From a virus (taxonomy: Duplodnaviria > Heunggongvirae > Uroviricota > Caudoviricetes), in the IMG/VR virus record IMGVR_UViG_2519103024_000007: a stretch of 41,481 nucleotides of DNA; one strand, written 5' to 3'. This document shows positions 9,556 to 19,785 of this stretch, piece by piece (the stretch's first letter is position 1; every line of letters starts with the position of its first letter). Made by a program: the position numbers and the translations under genes. The notes beneath the pieces were generated by a model. The model worked only from the letters and a program-made list of their open reading frames with translations. It was not told the origin of the DNA and ran no database searches.

Positions 9556-10590
9556 TCAGCCGTTGTCAGTGTCCAGTGAGTAGTTTTTAAAGCGGATGAC
9601 CTCCTGACCGAGCCAGCCGTTTATTTCCCGAATCCTGTCCTGTAGCGGGATAAGTTCATTGCGGACAAAGACCTTTGCCACTTTCTCAATATCACCCAGA
9701 GCCCCGACGTTTTCCGGCTTGCCGCCCATCAACTGAAAGGGGATGCGGTGCGCATCCAGCAGGTCAACGGCGCTGGCTTTTTTGATATTAAAAAAATCGT
9801 CCTTCGTCGCCACTTCACTGAGCGGGATAATTTTAATGCCGTCGGCTTTCCCCTGTGGGGCATAGAGAAACAGGTTTTTAAAGTTATTGCGGCCTTTCGA
9901 CTTCACCATGTTTTCGCGAAGCATTTCGATATCGTTGCGGTCCTGCACGGCATCGGTGACGTACATGATGTATCCGGCATGCGCGCCGTTTTCGTAATAC
10001 TTGCGGCGGAACAGCGTGGCCGACTCATTCAGCCAGGCAGAGTTAAGGGCGCTGAGATATTCCGGCAGGCCGTACAGCTCCTGATTAATATCCGGCTCCA
10101 GCAGGTGAAACACGGAACCGGGCGCGAAAGGTGTCGGCTCGTTGAAGGACGGCACCCACCAGTAAACATCCTCCTCCACGCCACGGCGGGTATATTTTGC
10201 CGGTGAGGTTTCCAGTCTGATGATCTTACCGGTGGTGCTGTAACGCTTTTCCAGAAACGCATTACCGAACACCAGAAAATCCAGCACAAAGCGGCTGAAA
10301 TCCTGTTGCGAAAGCCACGGATGCGGGATAAATGTCGAGGCCAGAATATTGCGTTTAACGTAAATCGGTGAGCTGTGATGCACGGCAGCACGCAGGCTTT
10401 TCGCCAGACCGGTAAAGCTGACCGGCGGCTCATACCATCTGCCGTTACTGATGCACTCGACGTAATCCAGAATGTCACGGCGGTCGAGTACCGGCACCGG
10501 CTCACCAAAGGTGAATGCCTCCATTTTCGGGGCGCTGGCGGTCATTTTTTTTGCCGCAGGTTGCGGTGTTTTCCCTTTTTTCTTGCTCAT
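9556..10590 (-). CDS. Q: portal protein
   Basis: 344 aa, first leftward late gene next to cos; length as P2 gpQ. Confidence 0.9.
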   Translation of the reverse strand: MSKKKGKTPQPAAKKMTASAPKMEAFTFGEPVPVLDRRDILDYVECISNGRWYEPPVSFTGLAKSLRAAVHHSSPIYVKRNILASTFIPHPWLSQQDFSRFVLDFLVFGNAFLEKRYSTTGKIIRLETSPAKYTRRGVEEDVYWWVPSFNEPTPFAPGSVFHLLEPDINQELYGLPEYLSALNSAWLNESATLFRRKYYENGAHAGYIMYVTDAVQDRNDIEMLRENMVKSKGRNNFKNLFLYAPQGKADGIKIIPLSEVATKDDFFNIKKASAVDLLDAHRIPFQLMGGKPENVGALGDIEKVAKVFVRNELIPLQDRIREINGWLGQEVIRFKNYSLDTDNG

Positions 10591-12361
10591 CAGTAAAACT
10601 CCAGAATGGTGGATGTCAGCGGGGTGCTGATACCGGCGGTGAGTGGCTCATTTAACAGGGCGTGCATGGTCGCCCAGGCGAGGTCGGCGTGGCTGGCTTC
10701 CTCGCTGCGGCTGGCCTCATAAGTGGCGCTGCGTCCGCTGCTGGTCATGGTCTTGCGGATAGCCATAAACGAGCTGGTGATGTCGGTGGCGCTGACGTCA
10801 TATTCCAGACAGCCACGGCGGATGACGTCTTTTGCCTTGAGCACCATTGCGGTTTTCATTTCCGGCGTGTAGCGGATATCGCGCGCGGCGGGATAGAACG
10901 AGCGCACGAGCTGGAACACGCCGACACCGAGGCCGGTGGCATCAATACCGATGTATTCGACGTTGTATTTTTCGGTGAGTTTGCGGATGGATTCCGCCTG
11001 AGTGGCAAAGTCCATGCCTTTCCACTGGTGACGCTCAAGTATTCTGAATTTGCCACCGGCCACCACCGGCGGTGCCAGTACCACGCATCCGGCGCTGTCG
11101 CCACGGTGTGACGGGTCGTAACCAATCCAGACCGGGCGGGAGCCGAACGGATTGGCGGCAAACGGCGCATAGTCTTCCCATTCTTCCAGCGTGTCGACCA
11201 TGCAGCGTTGCAGCTCCTCGAACGGGAACACCGACGCCTTGTCGTCAACAAATTCACACATGAACAGGTTTTTAAAATCGTCGGCGCTGTTTTCGCGTTT
11301 GAGCTGTTCAATGTCGAACAGCGTGCAGCCACCTTTCAGGGCGTCCTCAATGGTGACAATCTGCCGCCACTGGCCGTCCGCACAGAGAAGCCCACCGGCA
11401 AGGGCGTTATGACTGACGTCGATTTCCACGCGTTCGGCGGCGCTGGCGCGTCCCCGGTTGAACAGTTCACCTGACCAGAACGGGTAGGCGTCGTGCGCCA
11501 GCGTGGACGGGGTGGAGAAATAGGTCGAGCGCAGGTGACTCTGTGAGGCCATACCTGATGCCACCTTACGCAGTACCTGAAAATTCGGGATCCAGAAAAT
11601 CTCGTCGACGTACAGGTCGCCGTTATGGCTCTGTGCGGTGTTGGAGTTGGTGCCGAGAAAAATCAGTTTTGCGCCGTTATTGCCCAGGACAATCGGGTCA
11701 CCGGTCAGGTCAACGTCAACCAGCCGGGCAAAGGCGATGATGTATTCGCGGAACACATACGCCTGCGTTTTACTGGCCGACAGAAAAATCTGGTTATGGC
11801 CGGTTTTCAGGGCGCGCAGCAGCGCCTCGCGGGAAAAATAAAACGTCGCGCCAATCTGGCGGGATTTCAGGATATCGCGGATGCGGTGCTCAAGCCCGGC
11901 GCGATACCAGTGCAACTGATAGTCGAAAGACTGCTCAAAGAAAATCTGCTCCAGCTTTTCGATGGCCTCGTCACTGAAAAAATTTTTTTCGGTTTGCGCC
12001 GCCCGCCTTTGTTGCGGTTAGCGACGTTCGGATTAAGGTCTGCCTCGTTGCCGGTCTGGCTGTAACGATTTACCCGTGCCAGTCGTTCAATCTGGCGTCC
12101 CAGCAGGTCAATTTCCTTGAAGTCACCGCCGGTTTTCTGCGGTTTGATGATGAGCTGGGTCAGCCGCGCTTCCAGGCTCATTTCGACACGGCTGATGGGG
12201 GCAACGTTGTCCCAGCCGTCGCGCTGTTTCCAGCTCTGCACTGTCGGGCGTTTCATCTGCAACATGGCGGCAATCTGCGGCACGGAAAATCCCTGCCAGT
12301 ACAGCAGCGCCGCCTGACGACGCGGGTCGTGTAAAAGAGTGGTGTCTGTGGTGATGGTCAT
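10590..12361 (-). CDS. P: terminase large (ATPase) subunit, frame break near 11995-12010
   Basis: N-terminal part (12361-11867) and C-terminal part (from about 12010 to 10590) lie in different frames; together 1772 nt, one short of a multiple of three. Conserved terminase sequence is read across the junction. Confidence 0.85.
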
Positions 12362-12534
12362 GAATACCTCGCCGTGATGAATACACGGCAAGGCTACTGA
12401 GTCGCGCCCTGCGATTCGCTAAGGTGCTGTTGTGTCAGTGATAAGCCATCCGGGACTGATGGCGGAGGATGCGCATCGTCGGGAAACTGATGCCGACATG
12501 TGACTCCTCTAATCACTATTCAGGACTCCTGACA

Positions 12535-13389
12535 ATGGCAAAAAAAGTCTCAAAATTCTTTCGTATCGGCGTTGAGGGTGACACCTGTGACGGGCGTGTC
12601 ATCAGTGCGCAGGATATTCAGGAAATGGCTGAAACCTTTGACCCGCGTGTCTACGGTTGCCGCATTAACCTGGAACATCTGCGCGGCATCCTGCCTGACG
12701 GTATTTTTAAACGTTATGGCGATGTGGCCGAACTTAAGGCCGAAAAGATTGACGATGATTCGGCGCTGAAAGGCAAATGGGCGCTGTTTGCGAAAATCAC
12801 CCCGACCGATGACCTTATCGCGATGAACAAGGCCGCGCAGAAGGTCTACACCTCAATGGAAATTCAGCCGAACTTTGCCAACACCGGCAAATGTTATCTG
12901 GTGGGTCTGGCCGTCACCGATGACCCGGCAAGCCTCGGCACGGAATACCTGGAATTCTGCCGCACGGCAAAACACAACCCCCTGAACCGCTTCAAATTAA
13001 GCCCTGAAAACCTGATTTCAGTGGCAACGCCTGTTGAGCTGGAATTTGAAGACCTGCCTGAAACAGTGTTCACCGTCCTGACCGAAAAGGTGAAGTCCAT
13101 TTTTGGCCGCAAACAGGCCAGCGATGATGCCCGTCTGAATGACGTGCATGAAGCGGTGACCGCTGTTGCTGAACATGTGCAGGAAAAACTGAGCGCCACT
13201 GAGCAGCGCCTCGCTGAGATGGAAACCGCCTTTTCCGCACTTAAGCAGGAGGTGACTGACAGGGCGGATGAAACCAGCCAGGCATTCACCCGCCTGAAAA
13301 ACAGTCTCGACCACACCGAAAGTCTGACCCAGCAGCGCCGCAGCAAGGCCACCGGTGGTGGCGGTGACGCCCTGATGACGAACTGCTGA
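12535..13389 (+). CDS. O: capsid scaffolding protein
   Basis: ATG 12535 preceded by AGGA-like RBS; 284 aa; divergent from P. Confidence 0.9.
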   Translation: MAKKVSKFFRIGVEGDTCDGRVISAQDIQEMAETFDPRVYGCRINLEHLRGILPDGIFKRYGDVAELKAEKIDDDSALKGKWALFAKITPTDDLIAMNKAAQKVYTSMEIQPNFANTGKCYLVGLAVTDDPASLGTEYLEFCRTAKHNPLNRFKLSPENLISVATPVELEFEDLPETVFTVLTEKVKSIFGRKQASDDARLNDVHEAVTAVAEHVQEKLSATEQRLAEMETAFSALKQEVTDRADETSQAFTRLKNSLDHTESLTQQRRSKATGGGGDALMTNC

Positions 13390-13447
13390 CCGGCGTCAGT
13401 CAGTCCGGGAAAACCTTCACGATTAACCCTTAATTTCAGGAAAAACT

Positions 13448-14521
13448 ATGCGCCAGGAAACCCGCTTTAAATTTAATGCCTACCTGTCCCGTGTTGCCGA
13501 GCTGAACGGCATCGACGCCGGTGATGTGTCGAAAAAATTCACCGTTGAACCGTCGGTCACCCAGACCCTGATGAACACCATGCAGGAGTCCTCTGACTTT
13601 CTGACCCGCATCAACATTGTGCCGGTCAGCGAAATGAAAGGGGAAAAAATTGGTATCGGTGTCACCGGCTCCATCGCCAGCACCACCGACACCGCCGGTG
13701 GCACCGAGCGTCAGCCGAAGGACTTCTCGAAGCTGGCGTCTAACAAGTACGAATGCGACCAGATTAACTTCGATTTTTATATCCGCTACAAAACGCTGGA
13801 CCTGTGGGCGCGTTATCAGGATTTCCAGCTCCGTATCCGTAACGCCATTATCAAACGCCAGTCCCTTGATTTCATCATGGCCGGTTTTAACGGCGTGAAG
13901 CGTGCAGAAACCTCTGACCGCAACAGTAATCCGATGTTGCAGGATGTGGCGGTCGGCTGGCTGCAGAAATACCGCAATGAAGCCCCGGCGCGTGTGATGA
14001 GCAAGGTCACTGACGAGGAAGGTCACACGACCTCTGAGGTCATCCGCGTGGGTAAGGGCGGTGATTATGCCAGCCTTGATGCACTGGTGATGGATGCGAC
14101 CAACAACCTGATTGAACCGTGGTATCAGGAAGACCCTGACCTTGTGGTGATTGTGGGGCGTCAGCTACTGGCGGACAAGTATTTCCCCATCGTTAACAAG
14201 GAGCAGGACAACAGCGAAATGCTGGCCGCTGACGTCATCATCAGCCAGAAACGCATCGGTAACCTGCCGGCGGTACGCGTCCCGTACTTCCCGGCGGATG
14301 CGATGCTCATCACGAAGCTGGAAAACCTGTCCATCTACTACATGGATGACAGCCATCGCCGCGTGATTGTGGAAAACCCGAAACTCGACCGCGTGGAGAA
14401 CTACGAGTCAATGAACATTGATTACGTGGTGGAAGACTACGCCGCCGGTTGTCTGGTGGAAAAAATTAAGGTCGGTGATTTCTCCACACCGGCTAAGGCG
14501 ACCGCAGAGCCGGGAGCGTAA
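13448..14521 (+). CDS. N: major capsid protein
   Basis: 357 aa, follows O; length as P2 gpN. Confidence 0.9.
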   Translation: MRQETRFKFNAYLSRVAELNGIDAGDVSKKFTVEPSVTQTLMNTMQESSDFLTRINIVPVSEMKGEKIGIGVTGSIASTTDTAGGTERQPKDFSKLASNKYECDQINFDFYIRYKTLDLWARYQDFQLRIRNAIIKRQSLDFIMAGFNGVKRAETSDRNSNPMLQDVAVGWLQKYRNEAPARVMSKVTDEEGHTTSEVIRVGKGGDYASLDALVMDATNNLIEPWYQEDPDLVVIVGRQLLADKYFPIVNKEQDNSEMLAADVIISQKRIGNLPAVRVPYFPADAMLITKLENLSIYYMDDSHRRVIVENPKLDRVENYESMNIDYVVEDYAAGCLVEKIKVGDFSTPAKATAEPGA

Positions 14522-14524
14522 CCG

Positions 14525-15268
14525 ATGACGAGTCCCGCACAGCGCCACATGATGCGGGTCTCGGCAGCGATGACCGCGCAGCGGGAAGCCGCCCCGCTGC
14601 GACATGCAACTGTCTATGAGCAGATGCTGGTCAAGCTGGCCGCAGACCAGCGCACACTGAAAGCGATTTATTCAAAAGAGCTGAAGGCCGCGAAAAAGCG
14701 CGAACTGCTGCCGTTCTGGTTGCCGTGGGTGAACGGCGTGCTGGAGCAGGGCAAAGGCGCACAGGATGACATTCTGATGACGGTCATGCTGTGGCGTCTG
14801 GATACCGGCGATATTGCCGGTGCGCTGGAGATTGCCCGTTATGCCCTGAAATACGGTCTGACCATGCCGGGTAAACACCGCCGCACCCCGCCGTATATGT
14901 TCACCGAGGAGGTCGCGCTCGCGGCCATGCGCGCCCACGCGGCCGGTGAGTCTGTGGATACCCGCCTGCTGACGGAGACCCTTGAACTGACTGCCGCTGC
15001 TGACATGCCTGATGAAGTGCGCGCAAAGCTGCACAAAATCACCGGTCTGTTTCTGCGTGACGGTGGTGATGCCGCCGGTGCGCTGGCTCACCTGCAACGT
15101 GCGACACAGCTCGACTGTCAGGCAGGCGTCAAAAAAGAGATTGAGCGACTGGAGCGGGAGCTGAAACCTAAGCCGGAGCCGCAACCCAAAGCGGCCACCC
15201 GTGCCACGCGTAAGACCCGGAGCGTGACACCGGCAAAACGTGGACGCCCGAAAAAGAAAGCCAGTTAA
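14525..15268 (+). CDS. M: terminase small (endonuclease) subunit
   Basis: 247 aa with basic C-terminal tail; length as P2 gpM. Confidence 0.9.
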   Translation: MTSPAQRHMMRVSAAMTAQREAAPLRHATVYEQMLVKLAADQRTLKAIYSKELKAAKKRELLPFWLPWVNGVLEQGKGAQDDILMTVMLWRLDTGDIAGALEIARYALKYGLTMPGKHRRTPPYMFTEEVALAAMRAHAAGESVDTRLLTETLELTAAADMPDEVRAKLHKITGLFLRDGGDAAGALAHLQRATQLDCQAGVKKEIERLERELKPKPEPQPKAATRATRKTRSVTPAKRGRPKKKAS

Positions 15269-15367
15269 CAACCGAATGCGCCCCGCGCCAGGGCGGCACG
15301 CCGGTCAGTGAGGGTGAATCACCTGACACTGCACCGGCGTCCACCGCCCGACTTTTCAGAGGTAGTC

Positions 15368-15877
15368 ATGATGACGCTGATTATTCCGCGAAAGGAGGCT
15401 CCCGTGTCCGGTGAGGGTACGGTGGTCATCCCGCAACCGGCAGGCGACGAGCCGGTGATTAAAAACACGTTCTTTTTTCCCGATATCGACCCGAAGCGCG
15501 TCCGGGAACGTATGCGCCTTGAGCAGACCGTCGCCCCCGCCCGTCTGCGTGAGGCCATCAAGTCAGGCATGGCGGAAACAAATGCGGAGCTGTACGAGTA
15601 CCGCGAACAGAAAATTGCCGCCGGTTTTACGCGTCTGGCGGACGTTCCGGCGGACGATATCGACGGTGAAAGTATCAAAGTTTTTTACTACGAGCGCGCC
15701 GTGTGTGCGATGGCGACCGCGTCGCTTTATGAGCGTTACCGCGGCGTGGATGCCAGTGCGAAAGGAGACAAGAAGGCCGACAGCATTGACAGCACCATTG
15801 ATGAGCTGTGGCGGGATATGCGCTGGGCAGTGGCGCGCATCCAGGACAAGCCGCGCTGCATCGTGAGTCAAATCTGA
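15368..15877 (+). CDS. L: head completion protein
   Basis: 169 aa from tandem ATG ATG at 15368; track ORF starts at an upstream alternative codon. Confidence 0.9.
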   Translation: MMTLIIPRKEAPVSGEGTVVIPQPAGDEPVIKNTFFFPDIDPKRVRERMRLEQTVAPARLREAIKSGMAETNAELYEYREQKIAAGFTRLADVPADDIDGESIKVFYYERAVCAMATASLYERYRGVDASAKGDKKADSIDSTIDELWRDMRWAVARIQDKPRCIVSQI

Positions 15878-16080
15878 TGAAGACCTTTGCGCTACAGGGC
15901 GACACGCTCGACGCCATTTGTGTCCGGTATTACGGGCGCACTGAGGGCGTGGTTGAGACCGTGCTCGCCGCAAATCCGGGACTGGCTGAACTGGGTGCGG
16001 TGCTGCCACATGGCTCCGCCGTCGAACTGCCCGACGTTCAGACCGCGCCCGTGGCTGAAACTGTCAATCTGTGGGAGTAA
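15877..16080 (+). CDS. X: tail protein X (LysM-like)
   Basis: 67 aa; ATG overlaps the L stop (TGATG). Confidence 0.85.
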   Translation: MKTFALQGDTLDAICVRYYGRTEGVVETVLAANPGLAELGAVLPHGSAVELPDVQTAPVAETVNLWE

Positions 16081-16083
16081 CGC

Positions 16084-16365
16084 ATGACAGCAGAAGAAAA
16101 AAGCGTCCTGTCGCTTTTCATGATTGGGGTGCTGATTGTTGTCGGCAAGGTGCTTGCCGGTGGTGAACCCATCACCCCGCGTCTGTTTATCGGGCGCATG
16201 TTGCTCGGTGGTTTTGTCTCGATGGTTGCCGGTGTTGTTCTGGTGCAGTTTCCTGACCTGTCACTGCCTGCGGTGTGCGGCATCGGCTCCATGCTGGGTA
16301 TCGCCGGTTATCAGGTGATTGAGATTGCCATTCAGCGCCGCTTTAAGGGCAGGGGGAAACCGTAA
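16084..16365 (+). CDS. Y: holin
   Basis: 93 aa with hydrophobic helices, first gene of the lysis cassette. Confidence 0.85.
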   Translation: MTAEEKSVLSLFMIGVLIVVGKVLAGGEPITPRLFIGRMLLGGFVSMVAGVVLVQFPDLSLPAVCGIGSMLGIAGYQVIEIAIQRRFKGRGKP

Positions 16366-16862
16366 TGCCGGTAATTAACACGCATCAGAATATCGCCGCC
16401 TTTCTCGACATGCTGGCAGTGTCCGAAGGGACGGCGAACCATCCGCTGACGAAAAACCGGGGCTATGACGTGATAGTCACCGGACTGGACGGAAAGCCGG
16501 AAATTTTCACCGACTACAGTGACCACCCGTTCGCGCATGGCCGACCGGCGAAGGTGTTTAACCGTCGCGGTGAAAAATCCACGGCCTCCGGTCGCTATCA
16601 GCAGCTTTACCTGTTCTGGCCGCATTACCGCAAACAGCTTGCCCTGCCGGATTTCAGTCCGTTGTCACAGGACAGACTTGCCATTCAGTTGATCCGCGAA
16701 CGCGGTGCACTGGATGACGTCCGGGCGGGACGTATTGAGCGCGCCATTTCACGCTGTCGCAATATCTGGGCGTCCCTGCCGGGTGCCGGTTACGGTCAGC
16801 GTGAGCATTCACTGGAAAAACTGGTCACCGTCTGGCGTACCGCTGGCGGCGTACCGGCTTAA
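16365..16862 (+). CDS. K: endolysin (lysozyme-like)
   Basis: 165 aa following the holin; length as P2 gpK. Confidence 0.9.
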   Translation: MPVINTHQNIAAFLDMLAVSEGTANHPLTKNRGYDVIVTGLDGKPEIFTDYSDHPFAHGRPAKVFNRRGEKSTASGRYQQLYLFWPHYRKQLALPDFSPLSQDRLAIQLIRERGALDDVRAGRIERAISRCRNIWASLPGAGYGQREHSLEKLVTVWRTAGGVPA

Positions 16863-16876
16863 ACGGAGTAAACACC

Positions 16877-17302
16877 ATGAAGAAATTATCCCTTTCACTG
16901 ATGCTGAACGTGTCGCTGGCGCTGATGCTGGCACTGTCCCTGATTTACCCGCAGAGCGTGGCCGTCAGTTTTGTCGCCACCTGGGCGATTCTGGCGACGG
17001 TTATCTGTGTGGTTGCCGGTGGTGTCGGCGTGTATGCCACGGAGTATGTGCTGGAACGCTACGGGCGGGAGCTGCCGCCGGAATCGCTGGCCGTGAAGAT
17101 TGTCACGTCGCTGTTTTTGCAGCCGGTGCCGTGGCGCAGACGGGCGGCGGCTCTGGTGGTGATGGTGGCGACGTTTATCTCGCTGGTCGCTGCCGGGTGG
17201 ATTTTTACCGCGCTGATTTATCTTGTGGCGTCGCTGTTTTTCCGGCTGATACGTAAAGCCTGTCGTCAGCGTCTTGAGGGGCGGGAACTATGTCAAAGCT
17301 GA
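16877..17302 (+). CDS. lysA: lysis timing membrane protein LysA
   Basis: 141 aa, multiple TM helices. Confidence 0.8.
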   Translation: MKKLSLSLMLNVSLALMLALSLIYPQSVAVSFVATWAILATVICVVAGGVGVYATEYVLERYGRELPPESLAVKIVTSLFLQPVPWRRRAAALVVMVATFISLVAAGWIFTALIYLVASLFFRLIRKACRQRLEGRELCQS

Positions 17303-17715
17303 TGATTGTGCTGGTCGTGTTGTTATCGCTGGCGGTGGCCGGTCTGTTTCTGGTGAAACATAAAAATGCCAGCCTGCGCGCCTCGCTGGACAGGGCGAAC
17401 AACGTCGCCAGTGAACAGCAGACGACCATCACCATGCTGAAAAACCAGCTTCATGTTGCCCTTACCAGGGCAGACAAAAACGAGCTGGCGCAGGTGGCAC
17501 TGCGTCAGGAACTGGAGAACGCCGCGAAACGTGAAGCACAGCGCGAGAAAACCATCACGAGGTTACTTAATGAAAACGAGGATTTTCGCCGCTGGTATGG
17601 CGCTGACCTGCCTGATGCTGTGCGCCGGTTGCACCAGCGTCCGGCCTGCACTGACGCCAGTGATTGTCGCCAACGCCTGCCCGAAAGTGAGCCTTTGCCC
17701 GATGCCGGGCAGTGA
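17290..17715 (+). CDS. lysB: i-spanin (Rz-like) LysB
   Basis: 141 aa, N-terminal TM helix then coiled-coil-prone periplasmic domain. Confidence 0.8.
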   Translation: MSKLMIVLVVLLSLAVAGLFLVKHKNASLRASLDRANNVASEQQTTITMLKNQLHVALTRADKNELAQVALRQELENAAKREAQREKTITRLLNENEDFRRWYGADLPDAVRRLHQRPACTDASDCRQRLPESEPLPDAGQ

Positions 17716-17860
17716 CCCGCAGACGAACGGCGATTTAAGTGCCGATATCCGGCAGCTTGAGAACGCGCTGGCACGCTGTGCCAGCCAGGTAAAAATGATT
17801 AAACACTGTCAGGACGAAAACGATGCTCAAACCCGACAGCCTGCGCAGGGCGCTGACTGA
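17570..17860 (+). CDS. lysC: o-spanin lipoprotein (Rz1-like) LysC, overlapping lysB in another frame
   Basis: ATG 17570; signal peptide with lipobox (MKTRIFAAGMALTCLMLCAGC); 96 aa; starts inside lysB. Confidence 0.75.
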   Translation: MKTRIFAAGMALTCLMLCAGCTSVRPALTPVIVANACPKVSLCPMPGSDPQTNGDLSADIRQLENALARCASQVKMIKHCQDENDAQTRQPAQGAD

Positions 17861-18290
17861 TGCCGTCACGGTGCTGAAAACTAACCCCGATATGCTGCGG
17901 ATATTCGTGGATAACGGGAGTATTGCCTCCACACTGGCGACGTCGCTGTCATTCGAAAAGCGTTACACGCTCAATGTCATTGTGACCGACTTTACCGGTG
18001 ATTTTGACCTGCTCATCGTGCCGGTGCTGGCGTGGCTGCGGGAAAATCAGCCCGACATCATGACCACCGACGAAGGCCAGAAAAAGGGCTTCACGTTTTA
18101 TGCGGACATCAACAATGACAGCAGCTTTGATATCAGCATCAGCCTGATGCTGACCGAGCGCACGCTGGTCAGTGAGGTTGACGGTGCGCTGCATGTGAAG
18201 AATATCCCGGAACCTCCGCCGCCGGAGCCGGTCACCCGCCCGATGGAGCTTTATATCAATGGCGAACTGGTGAGTAAGTGGGATGAATGA
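17823..18290 (+). CDS. R: tail completion protein
   Basis: 155 aa; position and length as P2 gpR. Confidence 0.85.
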   Translation: MLKPDSLRRALTDAVTVLKTNPDMLRIFVDNGSIASTLATSLSFEKRYTLNVIVTDFTGDFDLLIVPVLAWLRENQPDIMTTDEGQKKGFTFYADINNDSSFDISISLMLTERTLVSEVDGALHVKNIPEPPPPEPVTRPMELYINGELVSKWDE

Positions 18291-18735
18291 GTTTAAGCGT
18301 TTTGAAGACCGGCTGACCGGACTGACTGAATCGCTGTCACCGTCAGGGCGTCGGCGACTGAGCTCCGAACTGGCGAAACGTCTGCGGCAGAGTCAGCAGC
18401 GCCGGGTGATGGCACAGAAAGCCCCGGACGGCACACCCTACGCACCACGCCAGCAGCAGAGCGCCAGAAAAAAGACCGGTCGCGTTAAGCGAAAAATGTT
18501 TGCGAAACTTATCACCAGTCGTTTTTTGCATATCCGCGCCAGCCCGGAACAGGCATCAATGGAGTTTTACGGCGGGAAGTCACCGAAAATTGCCAGCGTG
18601 CATCAGTTCGGTCTGTCGGAAGAAAACCGGAAAGACGGTAAGAAAATTGATTATCCGGCGCGTCCTCTGCTCGGCTTTACCGGTGAGGATGTGCAGATGA
18701 TTGAAGAGATTATCCTGGCTCACCTCGACCGTTAG
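18283..18735 (+). CDS. S: tail completion protein
   Basis: 150 aa; position and length as P2 gpS. Confidence 0.85.
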   Translation: MNEFKRFEDRLTGLTESLSPSGRRRLSSELAKRLRQSQQRRVMAQKAPDGTPYAPRQQQSARKKTGRVKRKMFAKLITSRFLHIRASPEQASMEFYGGKSPKIASVHQFGLSEENRKDGKKIDYPARPLLGFTGEDVQMIEEIILAHLDR

Positions 18736-18801
18736 TTGTGCCATTCCCGACACCTCATCGTCACATTGCCGCCGGTATGACCCGACGGCATCCTTCCCGT
18801 T

Positions 18802-19437
18802 ATGAACACTCTCGCAAATATTCAGGAACTCGCGCGCGCACTGCGCAACATGATCCGCACCGGCATTATCGTCGAAACCGACCTTAACGCCGGTCGCTGC
18901 CGTGTGCAGACCGGCGGCATGTGCACCGACTGGCTTCAGTGGCTGACCCATCGCGCCGGACGTTCGCGCACGTGGTGGGCACCTTCCGAGGGGGAACAGG
19001 TGCTGATTCTGGCCGTGGGCGGTGAACTCGACACGGCGTTCGTTCTGCCGGGGATTTATTCCGGTGATAACCCCGCGCCGTCTGCGTCGGCGGATGCCCT
19101 GTACATCCGTTTCCCTGACGGGGCGGTGATTGAGTATGAACCCGAAACCAGTGCGCTCACGGCAAGCGGAATTAAAACGGCCAGCGTGACGGCTTCTGAT
19201 TCTGTTACTGCCACGGTGCCGGTGGTCATGGTGAAAGCATCAACCCGCGTCACCCTGGACACACCGGAGGTGGTCTGCACCAACAGGCTGATTACCGGCA
19301 CGCTGGAAGTGCAGAAGGGCGGGACGATGCGCGGCAACATTGAACACACCGGCGGTGAACTCTCATCAAACGGTAAGGTACTGCATACCCATAAACACCC
19401 CGGCGACAGCGGCGGCACAACCGGGGGACCTCTATGA
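18802..19437 (+). CDS. V: baseplate spike protein
   Basis: 211 aa; position and length as P2 gpV. Confidence 0.9.
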   Translation: MNTLANIQELARALRNMIRTGIIVETDLNAGRCRVQTGGMCTDWLQWLTHRAGRSRTWWAPSEGEQVLILAVGGELDTAFVLPGIYSGDNPAPSASADALYIRFPDGAVIEYEPETSALTASGIKTASVTASDSVTATVPVVMVKASTRVTLDTPEVVCTNRLITGTLEVQKGGTMRGNIEHTGGELSSNGKVLHTHKHPGDSGGTTGGPL

Positions 19438-19781
19438 CTGCGCGTTATCTCGGAATGAATCGCAGTGATGGCCTGACTGTCACTGACCTTGAGCATATCA
19501 GCCAGAGTATCGGCGATATCCTGCGCACACCGGTCGGCTCGCGGGTGATGCGTCGTGATTACGGCTCGTTGCTGGCGTCAATGATTGACCAGCCGCAGAC
19601 TCCGGCGCTTGAGTTGCAGATTAAGGTCGCCTGTTACATGGCGGTGCTGAAATGGGAACCCCGCGTCACCCTGTCATCCGTCACCACTGAGCGCAGTTTT
19701 GACGGGCGAATGACGGTCACGTTAACCGGTCAGCACAACGACACCGGCCAGCCACTTTCGTTAACCATCCCTGTGAGTTGA
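19434..19781 (+). CDS. W: baseplate wedge protein
   Basis: 115 aa, overlaps V stop. Confidence 0.9.
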   Translation: MTARYLGMNRSDGLTVTDLEHISQSIGDILRTPVGSRVMRRDYGSLLASMIDQPQTPALELQIKVACYMAVLKWEPRVTLSSVTTERSFDGRMTVTLTGQHNDTGQPLSLTIPVS

Positions 19782-19785
19782 AACC

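Noticed and set aside
9748-10508. Long ORFs antisense to or overlapping portal gene Q; similar cases inside P, N, M, T, D and yegQ (for example 10662-11111, 13436-14026, 14672-15271, 20305-21349, 32387-33076, 33894-34466, 35733-36512)
   Set aside because: Shadow ORFs typical of GC-rich coding DNA; each overlaps a gene with clear P2 or host identity.
12362-12534. Attempt to place Ogr-dependent late promoters (TGT-N12-ACA) in the P/O divergent region and upstream of FI
   Set aside because: No unambiguous match found by eye, so no late promoter features are called.
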